DNA of 64,000 bases from Stegostoma tigrinum (GCF_030684315.1 NC_081390.1:21951291-22015290); one strand, 5' to 3'. Numbered from the stretch's first letter, positions 12,826 through 26,092 are shown. A program made the numbers and translations. Notes: generated by a model not told the origin, from the letters alone.

Positions 12826-13642
12826 TTTAGATAGACTCAGCAGATCTGGCAGTATTTGTACAGAGAAATCAAATTAACACTTCGAGTCTGATAAGACTCT
12901 TTGGAACTGAGAAGGGGCTGAAAAGCGGGTTTTTTATGGCAACAGAAGAGAAGAAGTTCAAAGTTCACAGAGTGTCCAACATTGACTGACTACAGTAACC
13001 ACCATGTTGTTTATTCTCACAAAGCTGCTGGTAAAATCCAAGTAAACCTGGGCCTTGCAGGCAGCCCGCCCGGTTGGACAGCTGTGTATCTGAATCTTGT
13101 CAGTCCACAAGCATCAATTCAACAAACGACCAAATATCAAGGGAAGTCAATAACTGGATGAGCTCAACACACGGATCTATTCTTTGTGATCTTGCTGCCC
13201 ACAAGGCTCAAGTTACCTTGGTATCCGCCAACAGAAGTACAACGCAAATAAACACACACCTACACAAGACAACTCAGGACAAGTTTGTCCCAAGTGCAAT
13301 CTTAACTTATAAAACCCCAGGAATTTAATAAAATCATTCCAGCATTATTAGTTCAAGGTAGATTTAAGGGTGGAACTTGCAAACAGATGGATATCTTGGG
13401 CTCAATCTTGAGCACAGAATTAACTTCATCAGGTCTTGACTCATTATAGCCTCGTGTATGAATAAACCCAGTTTTGCAGTCGTTAGGGGAAAGTATTCTG
13501 TAATTCATTCCATCATTCTTTTAAAATAAAGGACCGCCAAGTCTCTTCGTAACATCCAAAGGCACATGTATCTGTTCGATGACAACTTCCTGGTTTTAGA
13601 TCACTGAAGGGGTCAAATTCAGTTTATTTAACAGGCTAACTT

Positions 13643-13950
13643 AGAATCATGGAATCCCTACAATGTGGAAACAGGTCATTGGGCCTGTCAAGTCCACACT
13701 GACTCCAAAGTGCGTCCCAGCCAGACCAACTCCCCCTACCCTATCCCTGTAACCCTACATTTCCCATGGCCAATGCACCTAACCTGCACATCTTTGGATT
13801 GCAGGAGGAAACTGGAGAACCTGGAGGAAACTGGGGAACCTGGACAAAACCCAAGGTGACACAGGGAAGAAGTACAAACTACACAGGCAGCTGCCCGAGG
13901 CTGGAATTGAACCCGGTTCCCTGCTGCTAGCCACTGAACCACTGTGCTGC
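13643..13950 (-). mobile_element. HE1-type V-SINE
   Basis: Reverse complement of the family at 1201. Confidence 0.83.
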
Positions 13951-15224
13951 TCCTCGGAAATGTGATTCATCATTTGCAATTTTGTGCGTTATGTTGACAC
14001 CCAATTAAACAATTATTTTAATCATGACAGTTCCTGACAACGTTTTGGGTCAGTAACATAAGATGGTAGCTCTTATAACATGCCACGAAATTGGTTTCTC
14101 GCTCAGACAGATGTCTTTATGTTTATTGACGTTAGCCATTAACACTGCTATAACATCAGAGTTACACACAGTTTGTGTTCTGTGCTTACTGGCCATTACT
14201 GAACACACCAAGGCAAGGCATTTACATCCACAGCAAGCGACTGAAAATACCAAAGTCACACATTGATGTCATGTAACACGTTGAGTTAACATGCTTCTCT
14301 AATCTACGCCATAACACGACAGTTCCCATGGAAAACACTGGCAATAATTTTCAAGATGAGGAAAACAAAAACATTCTCTTTATCATCAAGTTAAGAGAAG
14401 AAAGCCCATATGAGAGAAGAGAAAATAACCTCGAGTTTCCCACCCGCTGCTTCAGTTGCAGCTTAATTCCAGCATTTTTGTGACAAAAGGAAATTGGAAG
14501 AGTTTCAAAACAAACTTTGCTCAAAAGCTTCCAGACAGCGCTCACATTCCATCCATTGGCCAATCCAATAAACCCCAGACTCATGACACTTTAGTTTACG
14601 TCACAACACCAATAACAAAGGCAAGGCACAAGAGGTCGTGTGAAAACCAAGTCCGTAATTGGGAAAAGCTCCACCATTACACAGTCCTTAAACTGAGCCC
14701 ATTCTGTAAGTCCCATTTGTTTTCAACTAAGAGCTTGACAAGTGCGCTCCTGGAGCTGGGAAAAGAAAACAAGAAAAGGGTTTCATGCAGTCACATTTGT
14801 TCTTTTCTGCAATGCTTACCACACCCTTCAGCCATTTCCACTTGGCCAAAGCAAAGGCTCTCCCACTAAGGTTCCAGATTAATTTGATGCCTCCAACACA
14901 TGCCCCCCACCCCCCCGCTCCCCCCCACCACCACAACCGACGATCAAACTTGCCTTTTGCTGTGGGGCATGGAAAACCAACTGAAACTTCAAGTAGCAAC
15001 ACAAAAGTCAATCACAACATCCTCTGCTTCCACACACCTTACAATCCCAAAGGACAAGAACTTGCGGCTAACATTTGGTCAAAATTTGTTGCTTAAGCAC
15101 CATCTAAAGGTGTCAAGGGGATGCAAATGGTTTGGAGGACTGAAGCACTACCTACCGTCTCAGGTGAGCCCAAAGTATCCCACTGCCTCAATGTCTAACA
15201 GAGCTCTGGCCTCTTAACACGTAC

Positions 15225-16545
15225 AAGGTACATTCAACAAGTTCCCTCGTGGCAGTCCGGTACAAAAGGTAAAGGCACACGGTATCGGGGTTAGCTAGGC
15301 ATAGGAGACAGAGGGTGGTGGTGGAAGGATGCTTTTCGGAATGGAGGGTTGTGACTCGTGGTGTTCCACAGGGATCAGTGCTGGGTCCTCTGCTGTTTGT
15401 GATCTACATAAATGATTTGGAGAAAAGCATCGATGGTCGAATTAGTGAGTTTGCAGACGACACAAAGATTGGAGGAGTACTGGGTATTGTGGAAGATGTT
15501 CAGGAGGTACAGCAGGATATGGTATCAGAAAAAACAGCAGATGGAGTTTAATCCGGACAAATGTGAGATGTTGCATTTTGGAAGGTCAAGTACACATGGA
15601 AGTACAGTGAATGGCAGAACCCTTAGGAGTACTGATAGGCAACAGGATCTGGTGTGCAGGTCCACAGATCACTGAAGGTGGCAGTGCGGGTAGGTAAGGT
15701 GGTTAAAAAAGGCTTACAGCATGCTTGCCTTCATTGGAAGGGGCATTGATATAAAAGGATAGGCAAGGTATGCTGCAGATTTACAGAAGAACTTTAGTTA
15801 GGCCACACTTGGAACATTGCGTACAGTTCTGGTCGCCACTCTCCCAGAAAGATGTGGATGTCTTGGAGAGGGTACAGAACAGGTTTACCAGGATGTTACT
15901 AAAACAGAAAATTTGCTAGAAAAGCTCAGCAAGCCTGGCAGCATCTGAGAAGAAAAACAAGAGAGAGAGTTAATGTTTTGGGTCTGGTGACCCTTCCTCA
16001 GAACCGATTTTCCTGCACGCTGCCAGATCTGCTGAGCTTTTCCAACAACTTCTGTTCTTGTTTGCAATTCTTTCGGCTTTTACCAGGATGTTGCCTGGCA
16101 TGGGGGATTTTAGCTATGAAGAAAGGTTGGATAGACTGGGTTTGTTTTCATTGGAATGCAGGAGGTTGAAAGGTGACCTGGTAGAAGTTTCAAAATCTGT
16201 GTGGCATGAATAGAGTGGAAAGCATGATGCTTTTTCCCCAGGGTTGACGGGTCAGTTACTGGGGACACAGGCTAAAAGGTGCGAGGGCAGGGGGAGTTTA
16301 AAAAGAGATGTGCGAGGCCCATTTTTCACACCAAGGGTTGCAAGTGCCTGAAACGTGCTGCCAGCTGCGGCAGCGATGGATGCAGACACAAGAGCAACAT
16401 TCAAGTAGCGCTTGGACGAATAGGAAGGGAACAAAGAGATAGGGACCTTGGAAGTCAAGACAGTTCTAGTATGGAAGGACAAAATGTGTCACTGCCGGCT
16501 TGGAGGGCCAAAGGGCCTGTTCCTGTGCTGTATTGTCCTTTATAC
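15225..16545 (+). mobile_element. CR1 LINE ORF2 3' fragment, decayed
   Basis: [29 protein letters not shown] and [14 protein letters not shown] motifs; CR1 tail GGGCCTGTTCCTGTGCTGTA. Confidence 0.92.
15898..16078 (-). mobile_element. Second-family Penelope-end hairpin inserted in a CR1 LINE
   Basis: Inverted arms GAAAAGCTCAGCAAGCCTGGCAGC / GCTGCCAGATCTGCTGAGCTTTTC. 14-bp duplication TTTACCAGGATGTT at 15884-15897 and 16079-16092. Degenerate hammerhead CTGAGGA...AAAACATT on the minus strand. Confidence 0.82.
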
Positions 16546-17837
16546 TTTGATGCCACATTACGAGTTCCAAACGCTTTGGTTGAGGAGAAGACAAAGTCAA
16601 GAACTCTCCTTAAGTTTACACAAAGCAACACTTCGCACATCAATAGCAAACAGTGCTGTATGCGGTTATCAAAAACGCAGTAAAACAGAAATCCCTGAAA
16701 AAGCTCAGAAGGTCCGGCAGCATCTGAGGAGAAAAATCAGAGTTTATGTTTCAGGTCAAGCAACCCTTTCAAAACAAAGGGCACAGCAGGTCCTGATCAT
16801 GTAGTTTCTTTGGGAAAGGAATATCTCTTTTCCATCTGTTACTGCTAATGCTAATCTTCCAACCCAGGTTGTTGCAGTCTGGTGATGCACTTCCAGAGTG
16901 TGCCATGGTATTTCAACTCAAACATGTGCGGCTCCCAGACATCATCACAAGGTTGGTCCAGGGCCCTGAAACCGTTGTGTAACAGACCAATATATACCCC
17001 TCAACTCACACCTTCAAAAACAGACGACCTGGCCATCATGATCCTATTTAGACAGCTGTACAACATGTAAACGAACGCGTCAGTCCAACCCCTTCTTGCT
17101 GTATTCAAACTGACTGCCACGCTTCCTGCATTATGACAAACGAGCATGTTTCAGAAGTGAATCCATTTCCTGGAAAATATCCCGACGTTCTGAAAGACGC
17201 GGCATAAACGAAAGCAGCTCGCTCTTTTAGTGCTGCTGACGGCACAGAACGAAAGCCGTGCTCATCTGCAGAGTGGTCATGGATCACCAAAAATAATCCA
17301 CTGCAGAGACCTTTGAGACACAACTTCAGAACGATAAAGCAGCAAACCGCTGCTCAAGGAGGGCGACGCTAGGAGGGACAAGTTAATCACAGGAATGGAT
17401 CCATGAATAGGCCCAGCTCCCTGTGGAACAGGTTACACTGAAGGACAAATTTCACTGAGCTCATAATTTTCGTTTATTGGTCTCACACCAGAGAGAGGAG
17501 GCACAGTATAGAGCAAAACCATTATCCTGAGCAGAATGGAAAATCCCTTTGAAGATACCGTCTGGTGGCCACACTGCTGTTAAGTGACTAGGATAGGTTT
17601 TGAACACCAGCTTTTCTTTACTATAATCACAAGGATATCTCTTCAGTACGAAGGAGGAAATACCTTGTACGATGCTGTGATTGGATAGCTTCTTGCTTAT
17701 ACTGCATTCTTGCATAACGACCAGCATCAGAAACCCACTGCCAGGAGGCCAGTTTTGACAGCAACAATTGGTTTAGTTTGCAAATATCATTGGTGTAAAT
17801 GAAATGGGCACCTTGTCATCTCAACATCACCTCTTCA

Positions 17838-18213
17838 TAGCATCCGCACGGTGTGGAAGCAGGCCATTCATCCCATCAAGTCCCTCCAAAGAGCATCCCA
17901 CCCAGCCAGCCCTACCCCTCAGCCATAACCCTGTACACTTGCATTTCCCCATGGCTGACCCACCCAGCCTACACACCCCTGAACACCATGAGCAATTTAG
18001 CATAGGCCAATCCGCTCCCCGCGCTCCCCCCCCCCCCCCACCAACCTGCACACCTTTGGGCTACGGGACGAAACCAGAACACCCAGAGGTAACCCAGGCA
18101 AACACAAGGAGAACGTGCAAACTGCACACAGACAGTTGCCAGAGGCTGGAATCGAACCCGGGTCCCTGGTGCTGACAGGCAGCAGTGTTAACCACTGAGC
18201 CACCAGGCTGCCC
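17838..18213 (-). mobile_element. HE1-type V-SINE
   Basis: Reverse-complement head GGGCAGCCTGGTGGCTCAGTGGTTAACACTG. Confidence 0.85.
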
Positions 18214-18624
18214 ACCTGCTGCTTTCCTCACTGCGAATGTTCAAGTCGAGTTGGTTACGGCTACAGGGTCAATCAAGTAGTACAGACTGCCTGAGCCTTG
18301 CAGTCACCCAAAAGGTTCCTGACGTGACAGGAGAGATTGAGAGATAGCTCCCTAACTGGGTCTGACTCAGGAGGCCATCACTTACTGCTCAATAGTCAGG
18401 ATAGGCAGAAACTACAAGCTCAGATTGCTGAATAATCTTGAAATGTCTCTTGGCCCTGCAGGGTCAACAGTACAGGATTACACTGGCACTGCTTCCTTTA
18501 ACCTGCTACGATGCTTCAACTGAAAGCATCACAACTAAGAGCAGGTTACATATCTTTGATACAACCCAATACACAAGGTAAAAAGGAAACATTCCCAATG
18601 TAAAGTCAACATTATCATCCTGCA

Positions 18625-18778
18625 GAGATGTAGGAACTGCAGATGCTAGAGAATCTGAGATAACAAGGTGTAGAGCTGGATGAACACAGCAGGCCAAACA
18701 GCAGGAAGGCTGACATTTCAGGCCTAGACCCAAAACGTCAGCCCTCCTGCTCCTCTGATGCTGCTTGGCCTACTGTGT
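18625..18778 (-). mobile_element. Penelope-end hairpin insertion
   Basis: Inverted arms of the same tail. Flanking direct repeat TCATCCTGCA at 18615-18624 and 18779-18788. Confidence 0.8.
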
Positions 18779-19234
18779 TCATCCTGCAACTCACTCCCAA
18801 GTATGCATTGGCGTCTATGATAAAGACAGGTGATCTTATTGAAGATGCTCAAGAAAGTCACAGGATTGATGGGGAAAAGGTTGCTTCCCCTTGTGGGAAG
18901 TATAGGCCCCACAGAGCATCACTCAGAATAAAGGGGATGAGACAGCTCTTTGAAACTAGGAGGATGGACAATACGTCTACACCATTAACCAGCAGCAACA
19001 GAATGAAAACTACAGCAGTGTCCACCAACACCGAATAATTTCACATCTCAAAATTCTCATCTCCCATAATGAGAATAGGCCAAAAAAGTTATTTTTGGTA
19101 AGTGAACTTATAGTTGGCTAAAAATGGTACTTCACGTTAAAATCCGGAGCCTCTTTCCAAGGATGTAACCTGAAAATCTTGCAAATACTGGAACACAGCT
19201 CCTCTGTTCAGAGAGCAGCACGAGCTTCTCAAAG

Positions 19235-21853
19235 CAAACACCGCCCACAGCCAACGACCTCATCGCTCCGCCCACAACCTCCACAGACAAAAACCCCAGA
19301 GATTCTTCACCATCCCCCTAGACCTCCCACTGATTGAGGACGAACGGTCAGTCCTGAGAAAAGGGGCTCAGCTTTGTCCCCCTCCACCCACACATCAACG
19401 AATACCAGTCACGTTTGGGCGTACAGCAGTTTTTCCACTGCCTTCACGCTTACTTCTTTAACCGGGAGCCCAACCCTCCCTCCACTGACCTCGTCACCCG
19501 CCTCCAACACACGTCCTCTTCCTGGACACCACCGCCAGGTCTCCTACCCTCCCTTGACCTCTTCATCTCCAACTGCTGACGAGACATGAACCGTCTCAAC
19601 CTCTCCACGCCCTCACCCACTCCAACCTCTCCCCTGCAGAACGGGCAGCCCTCCGCTCCAACCCCAACCTCACCATCAAACCCGCAGACAAGGGTGGCGC
19701 AGTGGTAGTATGGCACACTGACCTCGACATCGCCAAGGCCAAACGCCAACTCTCCGACACCATCCATGACCTCATCACCTCAGGGGACCTCCCACCCACA
19801 GCCTCCAACATCAGTGTTCCCCAACCCTGCACAGCCCGTTTCTATCTCCATCCCAAAACCCACAAACCTGTCTGCTCTGGTTGACCCATCGTCTCCGCCC
19901 GCTCCTGCCCCACCGAACTCATCTCCACCTATCTGGGCTCCATTCTCCCCTTTGGTCCAGGATCTCCCTACCTAAGTCCATGACACCACCCACGCCCTCC
20001 ACCTCCTCCACAACTTCCAATTCCCTGGCCCTCAACACCTCATTTTCACCACGGACGTCCCTATACACCTGTATTCCTCATGCAGATGGCCTCAAGGCCC
20101 TCCGCTTCTTCCTGTCTGACAGGCCCGAACAATCACCCTCCACCGAGCCGAACTCATTCTCACCCTCAACTTCTTTTTTTATCCTCCCACTTCCTACAGA
20201 CAAAGTGGGTGGCCATGGGTACCCGCATGGGCCCCAGCTATGCTTGCCCCTTTGTAGGTTACGTGGAACAATCCCTCTTTCACACTGATACTGGCCCTAA
20301 ACACCACATTTTCCTCCAGTACATTGATGACTGTATCGGCGCCGCCTCTGGCTCCCCAGAGGAGCTCGAACAGTTCATCCACTTCACCAACACCTTCCAC
20401 CCCAACCTTCAGTTCACCTGGGCCATCTCCAGCACATCCCTCATGTTCCTGGACCTCTGTCGCCATCTCAGGTAACCAGCTAGAAACCCATGTCCATTTC
20501 AAGCCCACCGACTCCCACAGCTACCTAGAATACACCTCCTCCCACCCACCCTCCTGCAAAAATTCCATCCCCTATGTCCAATTCCTCCACCTCATCTGCT
20601 CACAGGACAAGGCAGTCCACTCCTGCACATCCCAGATGTCCACGTTCTTCAAGGACTGCAACTTCCCCCACCCGCAGTGGTTGAGAACGCCCGTGACCGC
20701 GTCTCCCGCATTTCCCGCAACACATCCTCACACCCCACGCCCACCACAACCACCCCAAGAGAATCCCCTCGTTCTCACACACCACCCCACCAACCTCCGG
20801 ATACAACGCATCGTCCTCCGACACTTCCGCCATCTACAATCCGACCCCACCACCCAAGCCATTTTTCCATCCCCACTCTTGTCTGCCTTTTGGAAAGACC
20901 ACTCTCTCTGCGACTTCCTTGTTCGCTCCACACTCCCCTCCAACCCCACCACACCCGGCACCTTCCCCTGCAACCGCAAGAAGTGCGACACTTGACCCGA
21001 CACCACCTCGCTCACCCCCATCCCAGGCCCCAAGATTACCTTCCATATCAGGCAGATGTTCACCTGCACATCCGCCAATGTGGTATACTGCATCCATTGT
21101 ACCCGGTGTGGCTTCCTCTACATTGGGGAAACCAAGCGGAGGCTTGGGGACCGCTTTGCAGAACACCTCCGCTCGGTTCGCAACAAACAACTGCACCTCC
21201 CAGTCACGAACCATTTCCACTCCCCCTCCCATTCCTCAGACGACATGCCCATCATGGGCCTCCTGCAGTGCCACAATGATGCCACCCGAAGGTTGCAGGA
21301 ACAGCAACTCATATTCCGCTTGGGAACCCTGCAGCCCAACGGTATCAATGTGGACTTCACAAGCTTCGAAATCTCCCCTTCCACCACTACATCCCAAAAC
21401 CAGTCCAGTTCTTTCCCCGCGCCCCCCCCCCCCCCCCCACTGCATCACACAACCAGCCCAGCTAGTCCCCTCCCACCACTGCATCCCAAAACCAGCCCAG
21501 CCTGTCTCTGCTTCCCTAACCTGTTCTTCCTCTCACCCATCCCGCACCATCATTTCCTACCTGCTACCTCATCCCGCCTCCTTGACCTGTCCATCTTCCC
21601 TGGACTGACCTATCCCCTCCCTATCTCCTCACCTATACTCTGCTCTCTACCTATCTTTTCTCTCCATCTTCGGTCCGCCTCCCCCTCTCTCCCTATTTAT
21701 TCCAGTTCCCTCTCCCCATCCCCCTCTCTGATGAAGGGTCTAGGCCCGAAATGTCAGCTTGTGTGCTCCTGAGATGCTGCTTGGGCTGCTGTGCTCATCC
21801 AGCTTCACACTTTGTTATCTTGGATTCTCCATCATCTGCAGTTCTCATGATCA
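19235..21853 (+). mobile_element. Penelope-like retroelement (RT + Cys linker + GIY-YIG endonuclease; Neptune-like), 5'-truncated and frameshifted
   Basis: Motifs in order across frameshifts: KGLSFVP, TIKPADKGGAVVV, AMGTRMGPSYA, FLQYIDD, VHFKPTDSHSYL, PCNRKKC linker, NVVYCIHCTRCGFLYIGETKRRLGDRFAEH (GIY-YIG). The 3' pLTR-like tail carries a hammerhead motif. Confidence 0.93.
21722..21760 (+). ncRNA. Minimal hammerhead ribozyme motif in the Penelope 3' tail (one C>T change)
   Basis: CTGATGA-a-GGGT(ctag)GCCC-GAAA-TGTC. Sister copies read GAAACGTC. Confidence 0.65.
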
Positions 21854-23192
21854 TTGGATCCCTACAGTATGGGAATAGGCGCTTTGGCCCAACAAGTCCA
21901 CATTTCCTATTTCTATGAAGACGCCAAATTGACACAGGAAACCCAAATTTTACATTGAAAACAGCACTTAAAGCAGCAACAACCTATACAAACAAAGAAT
22001 CAACAGTAATTTTAAAATCAAAGAACAACACAAGAAAAGGAGTGCTGTATCATAAGATTAAAATTCCAACAATATTCTTCCAAATTAAGAAAATGATCAA
22101 CAATTTCATATGTCTAACAATTAAAAATGCAAAGTTCACTGATGCCAATCTTTCCATCAGAAAAATTCAAACTTCCAGATCGTTTTGACAGATCACCAAA
22201 TTTGCAGATGTGGACAGTACAACTCCCAAAACTGAACAGCTTCTGGAGGAGTGGACAGCGAGTCAAACGCAGACCATGTTGCACACTCCTGTACAAATTG
22301 GCAAGAATACTAGATCATGTATAACAGACGACAGATCAATAAGAAACAAATTATGTTTGACCACCTCAACAAAAATACTTCACTCTCAGAATAAATAAGA
22401 TACTGGCAAGATTATGCTTCAACAGTAGATATCAACTCATAGGAGAATCTGTAGGCAACAGGTACAGGTTGTTGATGAAACTACCCTAAACCATGAAACT
22501 TGAAATAAAGGCTCATTTTTTTTTATAAGAGAATAGTCATTGGTCCCTTAGAAATGCCTGTTACTGAACTTCAATGGAAAGAGGATCTAACTTGAGATAC
22601 AGCACACTAAACAGTCAATACAATATCTAGAAAGGTATTCAAGAAGCATTACACAGCAGAAGGTTCCAATTGATGCAGAATGTTCTACAGAGCACATTGA
22701 CTGCTTAAACACAATAAATCATCTCAGTAGAGGAGAAAAACTTGTAACCTGACCAATGTACCACATGTGACAGCAATGCACAGCTACGGTCATTGGCATC
22801 ATTCCAAAGCCCCATATCAGAGAAGGCCAAACTGTCCATGCCTTCCTCCAACAACCACCTTTACAAAAGAGGTCACCAAGAAATGCTACAGCCTGAAGAA
22901 CATGCCAAGCAACAAATCAAATCATTCTTAACCCAACTTGTATGTTTGCGCCTTGGTACCCAACCTTGATGAAACAGGTCAATGAACAAGCTTCACATGG
23001 GGAACACGAGAGGGATGGAGCACTTCATTCCTTTCTCTGGAAATTATCAGGTGCATCTAACACTAGTAAATGGGGAAGTATAACAGGATCAAAATTCTCA
23101 CAAATTCCCACAATTAGATAACCACAAGTTCCTTCCACTAGAATCTCTGATCTAACAGAAGCTGACAGGGAACACACAAGATCACCAACTTT

Positions 23193-23276
23193 TCTGATGA
23201 AGAAACGTCAGCTTTTGTGCTCAGAAGATGCTGCTTGGCCTGCTGTGTTCATCCAGCTCCACACTTTGTTATCTAC
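23193..23276 (+). mobile_element. Short Penelope-end insertion (hammerhead lacking helix II)
   Basis: CTGATGAAGAAACGTCAGCTTTTGTGCTC... Flanking direct repeat GATCACCAACTTT at 23180-23192 and 23277-23289. Confidence 0.8.
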
Positions 23277-23666
23277 GATCACCAACTTTCCCTGAAGTAT
23301 TTATGTGGGTTCATGTGGATTTGTATTCCCTACCTATTCACGCAGTAGAATCAAGTCCAAGACTTGGCGAGATCAAAGACAAAATGTACAGTAAACGCAG
23401 TAAACATGCCCAATAATGTATATACCTGACAATCTTTACGATGAGGGAGAAAATCCTGGGTAGGGGTGAGAGGGCTTCTGACTCTGCAGCAATAAGCGTC
23501 ACACTGCTGCACATCACAGTTTAACTATCAGTGTAAGAACACTCCGGGAGAAGGCACCAAACTGTTGCTACAGTACACGTTGAATTGGGAGAAGGTCATG
23601 GGCATGAACAATAGAAATGGCAGATTAGTTCTTATCTATTCTAACTAAAAAGGTCAGAGCTGGGTA

Positions 23667-23961
23667 CATAGAACATTACAGCACAGTACAGGCCCTTTGG
23701 CCCTCCATGTTGTGCCGAACTGTCATACCGATCTCAAGCCCATCTAACCTACACTATTCCATGTATGTCCATATGCTTATCCAATGACGACTTAAATGTA
23801 CCTAAAGTTGGCGAATCTACGACCATTGCAGACAGTGTTCCATTCCCTTACTACTCTCTGAGTAAAGAAACTACCTCTGACATCTGTCCTATATCTTTCA
23901 CCCCTTAATTTAAAGCTATGCCCCCTCGTGCTTGCCGTCACCATCCTAGGAAAAAGGCTCT
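23667..23961 (-). mobile_element. Young CR1 LINE 3' end, same subfamily as 2445-2886
   Basis: Near-identical to 2448-2750. Confidence 0.9.
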
Positions 23962-24631
23962 AAGACTATGTGCAGCAAGATAAAGTCACTTTAGTCTCAT
24001 CGATAGGGCTGCATCCTCATGACAGAGACACAGCTGATGGTGGTTTAACCCGAGGATCACCACTATTAAAGGCATAACAAACAATGTTACTTCTAAGGCT
24101 AAGCCTGAATTCGGTTCTTGACTTGGACTTCTCCTTGGCCAGTCTGTCGTGAACCCAAGTTCAGAGTGGCATCAAACCACACAATACAAGATGGAGTAGA
24201 GGGACCTACAGGATGGGAAGGGTTATGTTGATTGTATCAGTGCAGAGCCACAGAACTAGAGTGGTATTATTGAGCCAAATCTCTCTAAATACCAAGGAGG
24301 AGGACCATTTCGAGGCTCTCCAGTGTTGGGGGGGGGGGGGGGTGTAAGCCACCAAAGGCTCGCCATCCTAACAGCAAACAAAATGGTGGCACTAAGTGAA
24401 GGCAAGCAAATTGTCTTTCCTTCTTTTATAAAATTGATGTGCAGTATATACAGAAATTGCAGAAGTCCAATTATTGCTATAAAAGAGAGATATATATGTT
24501 TGCTGTTGCAGTCTTCAGGAAAAACAAGAATGCCAAGCTTCACAGACTTACAACAATTTTCAAATGAAGGGGATCAGAGGATATACACGATACATTTATA
24601 CTGTGGGAGGAAAAGATGTTGATTTTTAGTA

Positions 24632-24845
24632 ATAACAGTGTAGAGGTGGATGAACACAGCAGGCCAGGCAGCATCACAGGAGCAGAAACGCTGATGTTTC
24701 GGGTCAGATCCCTTCCTCTGAAAAGGAGTCGTGACCCCAAAACATCAAATTTCCTGCTCCTCTGATGCTGCCTGGTCTGCTGTGTTCATCCAGCTCCACA
24801 CTATGTTATCTCTGACTTCAGCATCTGCAGTTCTTACTATCTCCG
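24632..24845 (+). mobile_element. Penelope-end hairpin insertion, diverged
   Basis: Inverted arms GGATGAACACAGCAGGCC / GGTCTGCTGTGTTCATCC around degenerate hammerhead halves. Confidence 0.78.
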
Positions 24846-24964
24846 ATTGTTGCTAAGTTGTTTGAAATTTGGCATTCTTGCCTTTGTCATGATGAGTGCA
24901 AGATGAAAAGCTTCAGTAACATCACTTTTTAGCAAGATTGATCATCATTGCTATTTCTTAAAAA

Positions 24965-25232
24965 TCATTCACAGCATTTACTGCCTATTCCAGAGGGCAG
25001 TTAAGAGTCAACTACATTGCCATGAGTCTGGAATCAAATGTAGGTCAGACTGGGTGAAATAGCAGATTTTCCTTCCCTAAAAAAGGACATCAGTGACACA
25101 GATAGGGTTTTTAAACAATAATTGACAATTGCAGATTTCATGGAATCTAAATTTCACCATGGTGAGAGTCTGGGGAAACACTGGCTTGGGATTCAGGATT
25201 ACCAGTCTGGTGACATTACCACTGCCGCCTCC
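24965..25232 (-). mobile_element. Second tRNA-SINE family
   Basis: CAGAGGGCAGTTAAGAGTCAAC...AGGACATCAGTG body. Confidence 0.72.
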
Positions 25233-26092
25233 TAATCAAATTACAAATCAAACAGACAGCCAAAGATGGGCAGACTGCTTGAACAGAGAGTTGAGAGAGA
25301 GTTAGGAACTGAACTGCACGTCAATGCGCTGATATACCATCCCACAGATTGATGTAAATCAGGGCTCCTGACACCTGGGCATACACCATCTGCCAAGTCC
25401 CTTTGGACTACACTGTAGAGGCGGGCCTATGCTTCCAATATTGATGAATCTGCCTCATATCTTAAGGCATCTTGCTACATCTTGATTGCAGAATCAGGAG
25501 AGGAAATACGTGCAAGAATACTCTTTAACAAAAACACACCCACAGGCTTTCTGACTGAGGCATATTGCAACAGGTTAGTTACAATGTCATTTAATTTCAG
25601 CAATCAACCTCCAAACAATAATTAAAGACAAATTGAAAAGATCTGGGTGAAAAGCTAGCAAGGAAAAACACTAATTGTATAGAAATGCTGAAGTACAGCA
25701 AAATAACATGCAAATGTCGCTTTAATTAGAGTGGGAAATACAGCAATTGCTTAGAAACCACAAGAACACTTCAGTTGCCCTGAGGCAAATCTCCAGTTAA
25801 TCCGATTCATTCAGCCAGGATTTAGAACAGTGGCATCAAATATAATACCTTGACAATCTAAATTTTCACGGAAGCTTTTCGGCATTGGAAATTTCAGATG
25901 TGACAAACTCTTGAATATTTTAAACCTTTACAAACGTGGAACTCCTTTCTATTAAACGTCCGCAGTTCATTTCAAGTTTACCCTCAGCGATGAGCTGGTC
26001 TTGTACCGGAGAAGTTCGGTGAGAGAGAAAAACAGGCAAAACCTGCACCAGCAATAAGCTCCTCTCCAAGATACACACCATCCTGACTTGGA

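Noticed and set aside
13217-13259. 43-nt AG/GT-bounded segment (VCVYLRCTSVGGYQ) as an MCU exon
   Set aside because: No convincing homology, and such segments are expected by chance in 58 kb.
25337-25406. 70-nt phase 0-1 segment (SKGTWQMVYAQVSGALIYINLWD) as MCU exon 2
   Set aside because: The length fits, but the splice sites are weak (GTATAT donor, poor pyrimidine tract) and similarity is limited to a misplaced WQ and the final D.
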